Source: Bacteriovoracaceae bacterium UBA4573 (GTDB lineage: Bacteria; Bdellovibrionota; UBA1018; UBA923). From it: a stretch of 56,219 nt of DNA. Positions 9,705 to 18,987 of this stretch are shown here, one piece after another. Position 1 is the stretch's first letter. Every line of letters starts with the position of its first letter. Position numbers and translations under genes: made by a program. Location of the stretch: the NCBI GenBank assembly GCA_002387735.1, contig DGKJ01000120.1, positions 1 to 56,219 of the forward strand, written 5' to 3'. The notes under the pieces were generated by a model. It had not been told where the DNA came from. It made no database searches and worked only from the letters and a program-made list of their open reading frames with translations.

Positions 9705-11084
9705 TAGGATCGCAATATCAAGCAACATGGATCGATGCTCGATGTAGAACAAATCATATTCGACGTTTTCATGAATGGGCTCTCCGCGAACACATGAAAT
9801 TTGCCAAACGCCAGTAATGCCCGGCTTAACTGACAATCGCTCTCGTTGCAGTTCATCATATTTTTCAACGATAAACGGCATCTCGGGGCGGGGTCCTACT
9901 AAACTCATGTCTCCTCGAAAAACGTTAAATAGTTGCGGTAGCTCGTCAAGACTTGTACGTCGCAACCAGCGGCCCACTCGCGTAATTCTGGGGTCGTCGG
10001 TCGATTGCGGTGTGAGTGCGTATTTAGGAGCGTCTACTCGCATGGTGCGAAACTTGTAAAAACTAAACTCTTTGCCTCTTAACCCTACTCTTTTTTGTTT
10101 AAAGATGACGGGCCCGCGAGAATCTATTTTTATGAGGATCGAAAACACCATCAACAAAGGGCTAAGTGCTACAATTAAAAGAGAAGAAATAAAAAAGTCG
10201 AGCACTCGTTTGGCCACTAGATACCCGAGAGTGTCTTTTCTTGATTTGTTGCGCAGCAGGGGAATGCCACCTATTTCAGTAGCCGAGATTTTTTGAACAA
10301 ATTGCTGATAGGCGTTGGGTACGATGCTGAACGAAACTCCGAGCGCGCGACATTTATTAATGATCTCGAGGTTTCTCTCGTAGGTCGCATTCGGCATAGC
10401 GATGAACACCTCTCGAACTTGATTTTCCTTCACCACTCGTTCGAGGTCATCTAACCCACCAAAAACGAGCAGCCCGTGGCGGGGTCCGCCATCTTTGAAG
10501 GTAACAATTTGGCCAAATCGTTGTGAGTCGTCGTCCATGAACCCAATCGGTAAATAACCGAGTCCAGGAGACGAAGACAGGCGTTTCACCAAATGTTTGC
10601 CGACGTACCCCGCGCCGTAAACCAACACGTTTTCCCGAGAAAAGCCGTTTTCATGGAACCAAATATGAAGGCGGTAAAATAGAATGCGCTCGAGATAGAC
10701 CAAAAGGCCCGCCGTAACTATACTCACGGTGATCATGATCCGGGAGAGCGATACGGATCGAATGTAAAAGGCTAGTCCGAAAAACAAGAAGCTTGCCCAG
10801 ATCGTAGCCATGAAGATCTTTTTCAACTCTTCTACGTTTAAAAGGCTAATTTCGCGCTCATAAAGATTCAGAATGCGAAAGATCAAGAAATAACAACCCA
10901 CCGCCATAGCGACGATCAGCCAATACTCACTCGGAGTCTGTGGGGCGGGGGCACCTGAGCCAATGTAGACGTAATAACCAAACCAAAACGAAACGGCGAC
11001 GGCCGATAGATCGGCGACCGTCTGGGCAAGTGTAATCAAAAAGGCGTAATAGGGCCGCAATCGCGGTGGAATTCGGTTAACCAA
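9660..11084 (-). CDS. Undecaprenyl-phosphate sugar phosphotransferase (WcaJ/WbaP-like priming glycosyltransferase)
   Basis: N-terminal TM helices, NAD-like middle domain (VYGAG..G, GFMDDD), C-terminal KRVLD, GPVIFKQ.RVG, KFRTM, RRTSLDELPQLFNV..GDMSLVGPRPE, KPGITG.WQ. Confidence 0.95.
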   Translation of the reverse strand: MVNRIPPRLRPYYAFLITLAQTVADLSAVAVSFWFGYYVYIGSGAPAPQTPSEYWLIVAMAVGCYFLIFRILNLYEREISLLNVEELKKIFMATIWASFLFFGLAFYIRSVSLSRIMITVSIVTAGLLVYLERILFYRLHIWFHENGFSRENVLVYGAGYVGKHLVKRLSSSPGLGYLPIGFMDDDSQRFGQIVTFKDGGPRHGLLVFGGLDDLERVVKENQVREVFIAMPNATYERNLEIINKCRALGVSFSIVPNAYQQFVQKISATEIGGIPLLRNKSRKDTLGYLVAKRVLDFFISSLLIVALSPLLMVFSILIKIDSRGPVIFKQKRVGLRGKEFSFYKFRTMRVDAPKYALTPQSTDDPRITRVGRWLRRTSLDELPQLFNVFRGDMSLVGPRPEMPFIVEKYDELQRERLSVKPGITGVWQISCVRGEPIHENVEYDLFYIEHRSMLLDIAILLKTIAGVVRGIGAV

Positions 11085-11124
11085 TGCCCTTGACGTTATG
11101 CCTTAAAACACGCAATTTCAATCA

Positions 11125-11742
11125 ATGAGCTACGTTCAAAAATATCTTGAGGAAGTTACGGAAATAGCCCGTCGCGTTGACCGCGGGCAGGTCGAAAAAA
11201 TGATCGAAGTTTTGACCCAGTTGCAGCGCACTGGCGGCCGGTTGTTTTTTTTGGGGGTTGGCGGAAGTGCAGCGAATTGTTCGCATGCTGTGAACGATTT
11301 TCGGAAGCTGGCAGGTATCGAAACTTATTCACCGGTGGATAACGTCGCTGAACTCACGGCGCGCACCAACGACGAAGGTTGGGATACCGTTTTCGCCGAA
11401 TGGCTGAAGGTTAGTCGTTTGAGTTCGAAAGACGCAGTTTTTGTATTCAGTGTTGGGGGCGGAAATCGCGAAAAGAATGTAAGCGTGAATTTGGTAAAAG
11501 CACTTGAGTTGGCCAAAGAAACAGGCACGAAAATTTTAGGCGTCGTTGGCCGCGACGGGGGCTTTACCGCTAAAGTTGCGGATGCTTGCGTGATTATTCC
11601 GACCCTGAGTACTGACACGATTACTCCACACGCCGAAGCCTGGCAGGGTGTGATTTGGCATATGTTGGTCTCAGACCCCCGGGTGCTTAAAAAACAGAAT
11701 AAGTGGGAGTCTCTTTCGCCAAAAGAATCGGCGACGGTTTAA
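11125..11742 (+). CDS. gmhA: SIS-domain phosphoheptose isomerase, GmhA-like
   Basis: GVGGSAANCSH, LTARTNDEG..TVF, FSVGGG, GRDGG, HAEAWQ...H. Confidence 0.82.
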   Translation: MSYVQKYLEEVTEIARRVDRGQVEKMIEVLTQLQRTGGRLFFLGVGGSAANCSHAVNDFRKLAGIETYSPVDNVAELTARTNDEGWDTVFAEWLKVSRLSSKDAVFVFSVGGGNREKNVSVNLVKALELAKETGTKILGVVGRDGGFTAKVADACVIIPTLSTDTITPHAEAWQGVIWHMLVSDPRVLKKQNKWESLSPKESATV

Positions 11743-12644
11743 TCTGAGCGTACCGAGTCGAGGCGTCCTCGAGCGACGTTTATTATTCCGGCTAAGCAGC
11801 CCTTGAGGGCGCTTCGCCGTAAATTTCGAGAATCGTCCAGCAATTGACCAAAACAGTACCATGAGAAGGCGCTAATGGATTTGGGTGTGAGTCCGACATT
11901 TTTGCGTAATAGGTAGTAAAAATTCTGAATTTGCTGTTTTCGAAACTTGAAACCGGGGTCACGCCCCGGCGAACCTATATCATGTTTGTAGCGCGCTTTG
12001 GGCTCGAAGAAATTTTTGTATTTTCGCGAGATTCGAAATGAAACATCAATGTCGTCGCCGTATCCGTACCCGATTAAACGTTCATCAAAGCGGTATTTTT
12101 GAATAATTTCGTTTCGGTAAAGGGTGGCTCCGCCGGCCACAAACTCGACTTCCGTAAAGTGTTCCAAACCATATGGAAATGTCGGCAAGCCATGGGGCAT
12201 GAACTTACCATTGCCGTAATGTTGTTGGAGGAAAAACTGTGCAAATATATCGGATTTTCGAGTTTCTCCGACTGGAGTACCCATGCCTGCGGCTAACTTG
12301 AACTCTGGATCATTTTGAAAGGGTGCGAGAAGCTTTTCAAAAAAGTCTGGAAACAATTCGAGGTCGTCGTCTAAAAAACCAGAAAATTCGCAGTCGCGCA
12401 CGTGATTCAGGCCAAAGTTTCTCGCGAGTATCAGCGATTTGATTTCTTGGTGGAGGTAAGTTTTGATAACACCATTAAGCGCAAATTCTTCGAAAAGCGT
12501 TTTGCTATGGGTATCATCGCTTTGATCCACCAAAATGATTTGAGTGGGACGCAGTGTTTGTTTAGCTATCGACTCGAGGCACTTTCTTAGGTGTCCGGGC
12601 CGGTTTAACGTAGGAATAATGACTGCGAACGTTGGCGAGGTCAT
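11739..12644 (-). CDS. Glycosyltransferase family 2
   Basis: VIIPTLNR, ILVDQS, ARNFG, FLDDD, GDDID. Likely start is ATG 12644 (MTSPTFAV), not the ORF-track start 12683. Confidence 0.9.
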   Translation of the reverse strand: MTSPTFAVIIPTLNRPGHLRKCLESIAKQTLRPTQIILVDQSDDTHSKTLFEEFALNGVIKTYLHQEIKSLILARNFGLNHVRDCEFSGFLDDDLELFPDFFEKLLAPFQNDPEFKLAAGMGTPVGETRKSDIFAQFFLQQHYGNGKFMPHGLPTFPYGLEHFTEVEFVAGGATLYRNEIIQKYRFDERLIGYGYGDDIDVSFRISRKYKNFFEPKARYKHDIGSPGRDPGFKFRKQQIQNFYYLLRKNVGLTPKSISAFSWYCFGQLLDDSRNLRRSALKGCLAGIINVARGRLDSVRSD

Positions 12645-12673
12645 CGTTTGACAGGCATACCGTGGAGGAAGAG

Positions 12674-13378
12674 ATGCTGACAATCAGAAAGTCCGGGGAA
12701 CGGGGTGGGGCAAATCATGGTTGGCTTGATACAAAACACACCTTTTCATTCGACTCCTATTACGATCCTAAACACATGGGTTTTGGTCCGCTGCGTGTAA
12801 TTAACGAAGACCGTATCGTTGGCGGTGAGGGGTTCCCAATGCACGGTCACGAAAATATGGAAATTATCACCTATGTGATTTCTGGAGCCCTAGAGCACAG
12901 GGACTCGATGGGTAACTCCACAGTTATTAAACCCGGGGAGGTACAACGTATGAGTGCCGGCACCGGAATTCGCCATTCAGAATTTAATCATTTTAAAGAT
13001 AAGGAAACTCATTTGCTTCAGATTTGGATTCGTCCGAATCGAGCGGGGTATGAGCCGAGTTACGATCAAAAATTTTTTGGGGATCGATTTAACGACCAAA
13101 ACTTTGTGATGGTGGCGAGTGGGCGTTCCGATAAGGCAGACCAAATAATTTCAATTCACCAAGACGCAGATCTATATGTAGGTAAATCCAATCAAGCATT
13201 TTCATTGGATTATTCTATTAAATCTGGACGCAAAGTTTGGGTTCAAATCGTTTCTGGCGGTCTGACTGTGCTGGGCCAGAAGCTGTCAGCCGGTGATGGT
13301 TGTGCGATCGAGGACGAGTCTGAAATCAAGCTATCAACCAGCGATCGCTCCGAATTTTTGTTTTTTGATCTTTTCTAA
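12674..13378 (+). CDS. Pirin family protein (YhhW-like cupin)
   Basis: HGWLDTKHTFSF, LRVINED, GFPMHGH.NMEIITYV, HRDSMGN, MSAGTGIRHSE, LLQIWI. GGAGG RBS before ATG 12674. Confidence 0.95.
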   Translation: MLTIRKSGERGGANHGWLDTKHTFSFDSYYDPKHMGFGPLRVINEDRIVGGEGFPMHGHENMEIITYVISGALEHRDSMGNSTVIKPGEVQRMSAGTGIRHSEFNHFKDKETHLLQIWIRPNRAGYEPSYDQKFFGDRFNDQNFVMVASGRSDKADQIISIHQDADLYVGKSNQAFSLDYSIKSGRKVWVQIVSGGLTVLGQKLSAGDGCAIEDESEIKLSTSDRSEFLFFDLF

Positions 13379-13629
13379 AAAGCTTCGAATTAATACTTAG
13401 GTCCGCAAGATTTGGGGCTTAAAGAAGAACTTAAGTTAGACGTCGCATCGAAAACAGCGTGGACCAATATTGGTATTGAAAACGAGATCTATATTAGGAA
13501 TACGAAGTCCTTTGTGAAATTTAATTCGAAACTTTTCACCTTTTTGACTGAGCTTACGCCCAATTTTTGGAAAACAAGATTAAAAGAGGCAAAACACTCT
13601 ACAAAACATCCTTTTTCAGTAAAAAATTA

Positions 13630-14628
13630 TCAAATGTTGTAGATATGATTTTTGAAGAGCTTCAAATTTTCGGGGTTTGAAAACCAAGTAACCGTTTGTT
13701 CGAGTCCCCGTCGAAACCCAGTTGTTCCAGCTAATTTTGGCTCCCACCCTAAAGTAGCTTTTGCCAATGTATTGTCGCACCTCAAACGAAAAACCTCACT
13801 TTTTTCGGGACGAGTTCGATCTTTCTTTTGACTTATATCTGCGGTTTTACCCATTATTTCAGAGATTATTTTGACAGTGTCTTCGATGGAAACTTCAAAG
13901 TTGCTACCGATGTTAATGATGCGTCCTATGGCAGCATCGGAATGAATTGCTGCGATAAAGCCGCGTACTGTATCCTCAACAAACGTGAAGTCGCGAGTCG
14001 GAGTTAATGAGCCGATTTCAAGATCACGTTTTCCGCTGGCAAGTTGGGTGATAATGGTTGGAATTACCGCCCTCGCAGATTGTCTTGGGCCGTAAGTGTT
14101 AAAAGGGCGAAGCACCGCAACTTCGGTACCGAACGATTGGTAATACGAGAGTGCGATTTGATCGGCGCCAATTTTACTTGCGGAATAAGGCGACTGCCCT
14201 TGTAGGGGATGATCCTCGGTCATAGGCACGAACTTGGCAGTGCCGTATACCTCGCTCGTAGAAGTGTGAATCACTTTGATTCCATGGTCCCGGGCTGCTT
14301 GTACGATATTTAAGGTTCCGAGAACATTTGTTTCAACGTAGGTTGTTGGGGAATGGTAGGAATATGGAATTCCTATCAATGCCGCGAGGTGTAACACGAT
14401 GTCTCGCCCCTGAGAGGCGCGCTGGACACCGTTCGGATCTCGAATATCGCCTGAAAATACATCGATTTGGTCAAGAATTTTACGATCCAGCGTGTCGAGC
14501 CATCCCCAGGAGTTAAACGAGTTATAAAGCACGAATGCTCGAACGTCGTAACCCTCTTTAACTAGGGCTTCTGTTAGATGGGACCCAATAAAGCCGTCCG
14601 CTCCTGTAACGAGTATTTTTTTTTTCAC
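13630..14628 (-). CDS. legB: NAD-dependent 4,6-dehydratase, LegB-type
   Basis: VTGADGFIGSHL..VRAFVLYNSFNSWGWLD, HLAALIGIPYSY, STSEVYG, SPYSASK, RPFNTYGPRQS.RA.IPTII. AGGAG RBS fits GTG 14628 (track start 14631). Confidence 0.85.
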   Translation of the reverse strand: MKKKILVTGADGFIGSHLTEALVKEGYDVRAFVLYNSFNSWGWLDTLDRKILDQIDVFSGDIRDPNGVQRASQGRDIVLHLAALIGIPYSYHSPTTYVETNVLGTLNIVQAARDHGIKVIHTSTSEVYGTAKFVPMTEDHPLQGQSPYSASKIGADQIALSYYQSFGTEVAVLRPFNTYGPRQSARAVIPTIITQLASGKRDLEIGSLTPTRDFTFVEDTVRGFIAAIHSDAAIGRIINIGSNFEVSIEDTVKIISEIMGKTADISQKKDRTRPEKSEVFRLRCDNTLAKATLGWEPKLAGTTGFRRGLEQTVTWFSNPENLKLFKNHIYNI

Positions 14629-14810
14629 CAATGCTCCTACCGAAAAAGATGTACCATGGGGCCTAACGAGGCGTCTTGTCTCATGTGAACATTGATATTG
14701 AAAACAATTTTCTATCGTTGAACTTCGAAAGCAGGGGCTATATAAATACGCTTTGATGGAAGTATCGAGCTCAATTTAGACCCCATACGCATATTCGAGG
14801 ATATTTTCTT

Positions 14811-15926
14811 ATGAATAAGGTTTTTTGGTGCACAAGTTGTCTTAATATGTCGACGAGACCGCGGATTACATTTGACGAAAAAGGCAGGTGTAATGCGTGT
14901 CAGTGGTCGGAAAAAAAGAAAAGCTTCGATTGGTCGATGAGACAAGCCACCTTAGAAAAGCTTTTGGACAAGTATCGAAGAGATGATGGAGAGTTCGATG
15001 TTTTGGTGCCTGTAAGTGGTGGCAAAGACGGTTCATATGTCGCTCACAATTTAAAGACAAAATATGGAATGAACCCGCTTGCTTTAACCATTACTCCCCC
15101 GCTCTCTCTAGAAGTCGGAGATCAAAATCTTAAAAACTTCATACAGTCCGGCTATAATCACATTCAAATTAACCTTCATCCAGAGGTCACTCGATTAATC
15201 AGCCGTCACGGTTTCATAGAGTTTGGTTTTCCGTATTATGGTTGGGCAATTGGAGTTCAATCTGCTCCTGTAATGTTTGCGCATAAAATAGGAATTGGTC
15301 TAATTTTTTACGGAGAAGATGGTGAAGTAGAGTACGGCGGATCCACTCAGACCGCAGAAACACCGACTTATGACGTTAGTTATATGAAGAAAGTCTACCT
15401 TGAGGGAGGCCACGAAAAGGTTCTGGAGCTACTACCTAAAAGTCTTCAGAATCAGTTAACTTTTTGGCATTTTCCAACAGACGAAGATTTGCGGAGAAAT
15501 GAAGTAAAAATTGCGCATTGGTCATATTTTGAAAACTGGGACCCTTATCGCAACTACCTTGTGGCGAAAGAGTTTTGTGGACTTAAGGAAAGTGAAATGA
15601 CCAACACTGGGACTTTTACGAACTTTTCCCAAACCGACCAGGCGTTGTACTCGCTACACGCTTACCTCATGTATTTAAAATTCGGCTTTGGTCGGGCTAC
15701 GCAAGATGCGGGCATCGAAATTCGTAGAGGCGCAATGCGTCGTGATCAAGGAGTAAACCTTGTTCGAATTTACGACAACGCATTTCCGGAAGAACATATT
15801 GATGCGTATCTCGATTATTATAAAATGAGCAGGGAGGAATTTGATAGCGTCTTAGATCGTTGGGCAAATAAAGAACTCTTCGAAAAAAAGAATGGGCGTT
15901 GGATGCCGAACTTTCGGATCAGCTAG
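14811..15926 (+). CDS. N-acetyl sugar amidotransferase (WbuX/WbpG/PseA family)
   Basis: N-terminal CxxC...CxxC (CTSC, CNAC), PP-loop SGGKDG, YGEDGE.EYGG, YLKFGFGRA..DA..EIR.G. Confidence 0.9.
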   Translation: MNKVFWCTSCLNMSTRPRITFDEKGRCNACQWSEKKKSFDWSMRQATLEKLLDKYRRDDGEFDVLVPVSGGKDGSYVAHNLKTKYGMNPLALTITPPLSLEVGDQNLKNFIQSGYNHIQINLHPEVTRLISRHGFIEFGFPYYGWAIGVQSAPVMFAHKIGIGLIFYGEDGEVEYGGSTQTAETPTYDVSYMKKVYLEGGHEKVLELLPKSLQNQLTFWHFPTDEDLRRNEVKIAHWSYFENWDPYRNYLVAKEFCGLKESEMTNTGTFTNFSQTDQALYSLHAYLMYLKFGFGRATQDAGIEIRRGAMRRDQGVNLVRIYDNAFPEEHIDAYLDYYKMSREEFDSVLDRWANKELFEKKNGRWMPNFRIS

Positions 15927-15930
15927 GAAT

Positions 15931-16539
15931 ATGATTCATATTTTGGACTATGGAATGGGAAATATCGCTTCGCTGAAAAACGCGTTGGAGTTTCTTGGAG
16001 CTGACGTTCGCATAACGTCCAAATGGACCGAGTTGAAAAAGAGTGAAAAACTTATAATTCCAGGCGTGGGTTCATTTACCACTGCAATGGACCGCCTCGG
16101 TCAGCTCGATCTAATCGGAGCGATTAAAGAACTACCCGAAAGAAAAGCCCCTGTTCTCGGTATTTGTCTTGGCATGCAAATTTTGGCTGATCGAGGATAT
16201 GAAGGCGGAAATACACCTGGTTTAGGATTGGTACCGGGGGAGGTCGTACCCTTCGTTCCCGAGAGTTCGGAATTAATTCCGAATGTGGGATTTAACGAAG
16301 TTGAAATACTGCCTACCGCTGGGGATTTATTTAAAGAAATAGCGAGCGGTTCCTATTTTTATTTCACGCATAGTTATTTTTTTCGCACTGATTCTCAAGG
16401 GTCTGTTACTGGTTTGGCTCAAAACGGGACCAAATTTACAGCGAGTGTCCAGTGTGAATATGCATTCGGCGTTCAGTTTCATCCAGAAATTAGTCAAAAA
16501 AAAGGTTTGCAGCTTCTCAGGAATTTTATTGAGCTATGA
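15931..16539 (+). CDS. HisH-like glutamine amidotransferase subunit (WbuY-like)
   Basis: ILDYGMGN..S, PGVGSF, GICLGMQ, YF.HSY, GVQFHPE; sits between the amidotransferase and HisF-like genes. Confidence 0.9.
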   Translation: MIHILDYGMGNIASLKNALEFLGADVRITSKWTELKKSEKLIIPGVGSFTTAMDRLGQLDLIGAIKELPERKAPVLGICLGMQILADRGYEGGNTPGLGLVPGEVVPFVPESSELIPNVGFNEVEILPTAGDLFKEIASGSYFYFTHSYFFRTDSQGSVTGLAQNGTKFTASVQCEYAFGVQFHPEISQKKGLQLLRNFIEL

Positions 16540-17318
16540 GAAAAAAAAGACTGATTTTCGCCTTACTACACCAGGACGGATATTTTGTTTTAAGTCGAAA
16601 CTTTCGACTGCAAAAGGTAGGCGACGTAAACTGGTTGATTGATAACTACAATCTGGCAGAGGTTGTGAAATCGATCGATGAATTAGCTATTATTTCGGTT
16701 TCGAGAAACAGAATTATTCACGAGACCTATTTGAGAGATTGCGAAATTATCAGCAAAGTTTGTTTTACTCCCAAAATTTTTGGGGGAGGTATCGCTTCTG
16801 TAGAAGATGCAAAAAGATTATTTGATTCAGGCGCGGACAAAATTATTGTGAACTCTTTGTGTTTTTCAAACTCGGCTTTGGTGTCAGATCTAGTGAGGCT
16901 TTTCGGAAGCCAGGCGGTTGTTGGTTGCTTAGACGTTTTAAAAGACAAAGTAAGCGGCGAATACAAGGTTTTTGTTAAGAATGGATCGGAAGTGTCAACA
17001 CTCAATCTGCGAGAATGCGTCGCTAAGCTGGATGAATTGGGAGTTGGAGAAATTATGATTCAGTCAATATCCCAGGACGGAACCGGCTTTGGGCTTGATT
17101 TGGCGGTGGTTGACGCTGTGGTTGCCGAAAAAAACACAGGCTCTCGACCTATCGTACTCGCCGGTGGAGCAGGGTATCACGCCCACTTAGCAGAAGCGCT
17201 AGCCCATCCAAATGTAAACGCAGTACTAACTGCAAATATCTTAAATTTTATTGGCGACTCACTATCTACAACTCGCAGGGACCTAATTGACTCCGGGATT
17301 GGCCTAGCCAAGTTCTGA
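16536..17318 (+). CDS. HisF-like TIM-barrel subunit (WbuZ/AglZ-like)
   Basis: SRNFRLQKVG, DEL, FGGGI.S.EDA..LF.SGADKI..NS, GEI..QSI.QDGTG.G.D; ATGA overlap with the HisH-like gene. Confidence 0.85.
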   Translation: MRKKRLIFALLHQDGYFVLSRNFRLQKVGDVNWLIDNYNLAEVVKSIDELAIISVSRNRIIHETYLRDCEIISKVCFTPKIFGGGIASVEDAKRLFDSGADKIIVNSLCFSNSALVSDLVRLFGSQAVVGCLDVLKDKVSGEYKVFVKNGSEVSTLNLRECVAKLDELGVGEIMIQSISQDGTGFGLDLAVVDAVVAEKNTGSRPIVLAGGAGYHAHLAEALAHPNVNAVLTANILNFIGDSLSTTRRDLIDSGIGLAKF

Positions 17319-17400
17319 TTTTTGTGACTTTAGAAGTGCGATCTGTTAACTATCCAGTATTGAATTTGATCTTTTAAACAGCAAACGGAGCTAAAGAAAA

Positions 17401-18969
17401 ATGAATTCGATAGAGATGAAGCGAAGTGAATCCAACGTCATGATGCAGTCTAAAAAATTAGCTGACGATTTCGCTTTTAGAGCAGCTCGCTATAATAACC
17501 GGGCCTCCACATTATTTCCTTTTTCACTTAGAGAAGAGAACGACCTTCAAGTGTCTTTTTTTGATTACTGGAGATTGAAGAACCGTCTAAACGGCGTGAT
17601 GTTGAATCTCCGAATTTACGATAATCATGGACAATTGTTGAAGCGGCACACGAAGCGAGTAGATGCGCAGCATAACAATATATCTGTTCGATCGATACTT
17701 GGGGCAGAGAGAGCGGCATCTATCGATGGAATGGTCGAAGTGGAGTTTCTAAGTTTTGAAAATATGCTCTACCCATATCCGGCTGTAGTTGCATTCTATT
17801 TCGGAAAAGATGGTGGCCGAGGTACGGGATTTAGTGCGGTACATTCTGCGGGTCGAGTGCTTAACCCCAATGAGGCCTTCGTTAAACGCAAGTCGATCGG
17901 TACGAATTGGAGTTGCCGCTTCAATGATTCTAATCATCAGCCTTTTTTTCATTTGTACACTGGCCCCGGAGGGCTCGATGAGCCATTGACTACCGAAGTT
18001 AGTATTTGGTCTCCGAAGAACGAAAAACTTTTGGAAAAAAAGTATGTTACAAAAATACAGTATCCATTTTCGTCTCAGATTTGTTTTTTGGATGAAATCT
18101 TTGGAGCCGACCTCCATGGTGTTCCTGAAAATTCATATGCGAGAGTAAAGTTTTATTCTACAAACACCTACCCTCTTATGATCGTCGGAAACTATCGAAA
18201 GAGTGATGGACTTTATGAGGTTTCTCATTCGTTTGTTCAAAACGAAGTAGAAGATTATCTTGAATCCCCGCCAAACGAAGGTTCAGAGATCGTGCCAACA
18301 TTTATTTCACTTCTCCAGCCAGAAGAGTTGGAGTTAGAGTTAATGGTTTTTCCTACGGACATTGAACACTCCACTCAAGCTCGAATTCGTGCGATGTCAG
18401 AGTGGAATGGGGTCCTTAAAAGCACTAACGAAGAAATTAGAATTGAAAGTGGCGCCAACTCCGGTAAGGCGTTTGTTCGAAAGTTAGAACCAAACCAAAG
18501 GATGGTTCTAATCGAGGCGTTGTCAGGCCCGAAGATTCCTGCCCGAATCAATACCAGCTTTCGTTACCGAGTGCGTGGGTCTAAATCGGGTTATTCGACG
18601 GATATTGCAAGTGGAGCCAAGGCATGGATCTATCCATCGAAAACAAATTACTGGGGCCATGGAATTATTTCGGAAGATGTTGAAACGGTACTTCTTGTTA
18701 GAAACGCTTCTCATAATAAATCCATTTCGGCACCCGTCAAAGGCACTCTTAGAATAAGTATGGATAATTCCGAGAGTGGACCCATAGATGTGACGATAAA
18801 TGCAGAAAGTGGACAGGCATTATATCTTTCAAAGCTTTGGCCAGAGATGGCCAAAGATAGTAAATTAAGAACGCTTTCGTGGTGGTTCGTAGCAGAAAAA
18901 TCTTTTTTAGATATTTGTTGGGTTTCATTTTCAAAAGACGGAAGAATTGCTGGAGAGCACTCATTTTGA
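17401..18969 (+). CDS. Hypothetical protein, 522 aa, about four predicted beta-rich repeat domains; paralog of 26738-27631 and 27628-28500
   Basis: Long ORF inside an operon. Shares segments with the two minus-strand hypotheticals (see findings). No signal peptide or TM segment evident. Confidence 0.8.
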   Translation: MNSIEMKRSESNVMMQSKKLADDFAFRAARYNNRASTLFPFSLREENDLQVSFFDYWRLKNRLNGVMLNLRIYDNHGQLLKRHTKRVDAQHNNISVRSILGAERAASIDGMVEVEFLSFENMLYPYPAVVAFYFGKDGGRGTGFSAVHSAGRVLNPNEAFVKRKSIGTNWSCRFNDSNHQPFFHLYTGPGGLDEPLTTEVSIWSPKNEKLLEKKYVTKIQYPFSSQICFLDEIFGADLHGVPENSYARVKFYSTNTYPLMIVGNYRKSDGLYEVSHSFVQNEVEDYLESPPNEGSEIVPTFISLLQPEELELELMVFPTDIEHSTQARIRAMSEWNGVLKSTNEEIRIESGANSGKAFVRKLEPNQRMVLIEALSGPKIPARINTSFRYRVRGSKSGYSTDIASGAKAWIYPSKTNYWGHGIISEDVETVLLVRNASHNKSISAPVKGTLRISMDNSESGPIDVTINAESGQALYLSKLWPEMAKDSKLRTLSWWFVAEKSFLDICWVSFSKDGRIAGEHSF

Positions 18970-18987
18970 ATCGGGAGGAGTTTTCCG

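Noticed and set aside
13412-13642. 76-aa plus-strand ORF between pirin and legB
   Set aside because: TTG start, no RBS, no recognisable motif, and it overlaps the legB stop. It is most likely chance in an AT-rich spacer, though a gene remnant cannot be excluded.
14616-14625. Poly-A/T runs as phase-variation switches (T10 at the legB 5' end, T10 at 24950-24959, A9 at 31681-31689, T9 at 34927-34935, A9 at 6405-6413)
   Set aside because: All are in frame and encode Lys runs. A8-A10 runs are common throughout this AT-rich region, and there are no long poly-G/C tracts or tandem repeats. Read-level length variation would be needed to support the idea.
15931-17318. HisH/HisF as histidine biosynthesis genes
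   Set aside because: No other his genes are present, the HisF-like protein is divergent, and both follow an N-acetyl sugar amidotransferase, the known WbuXYZ-type context.
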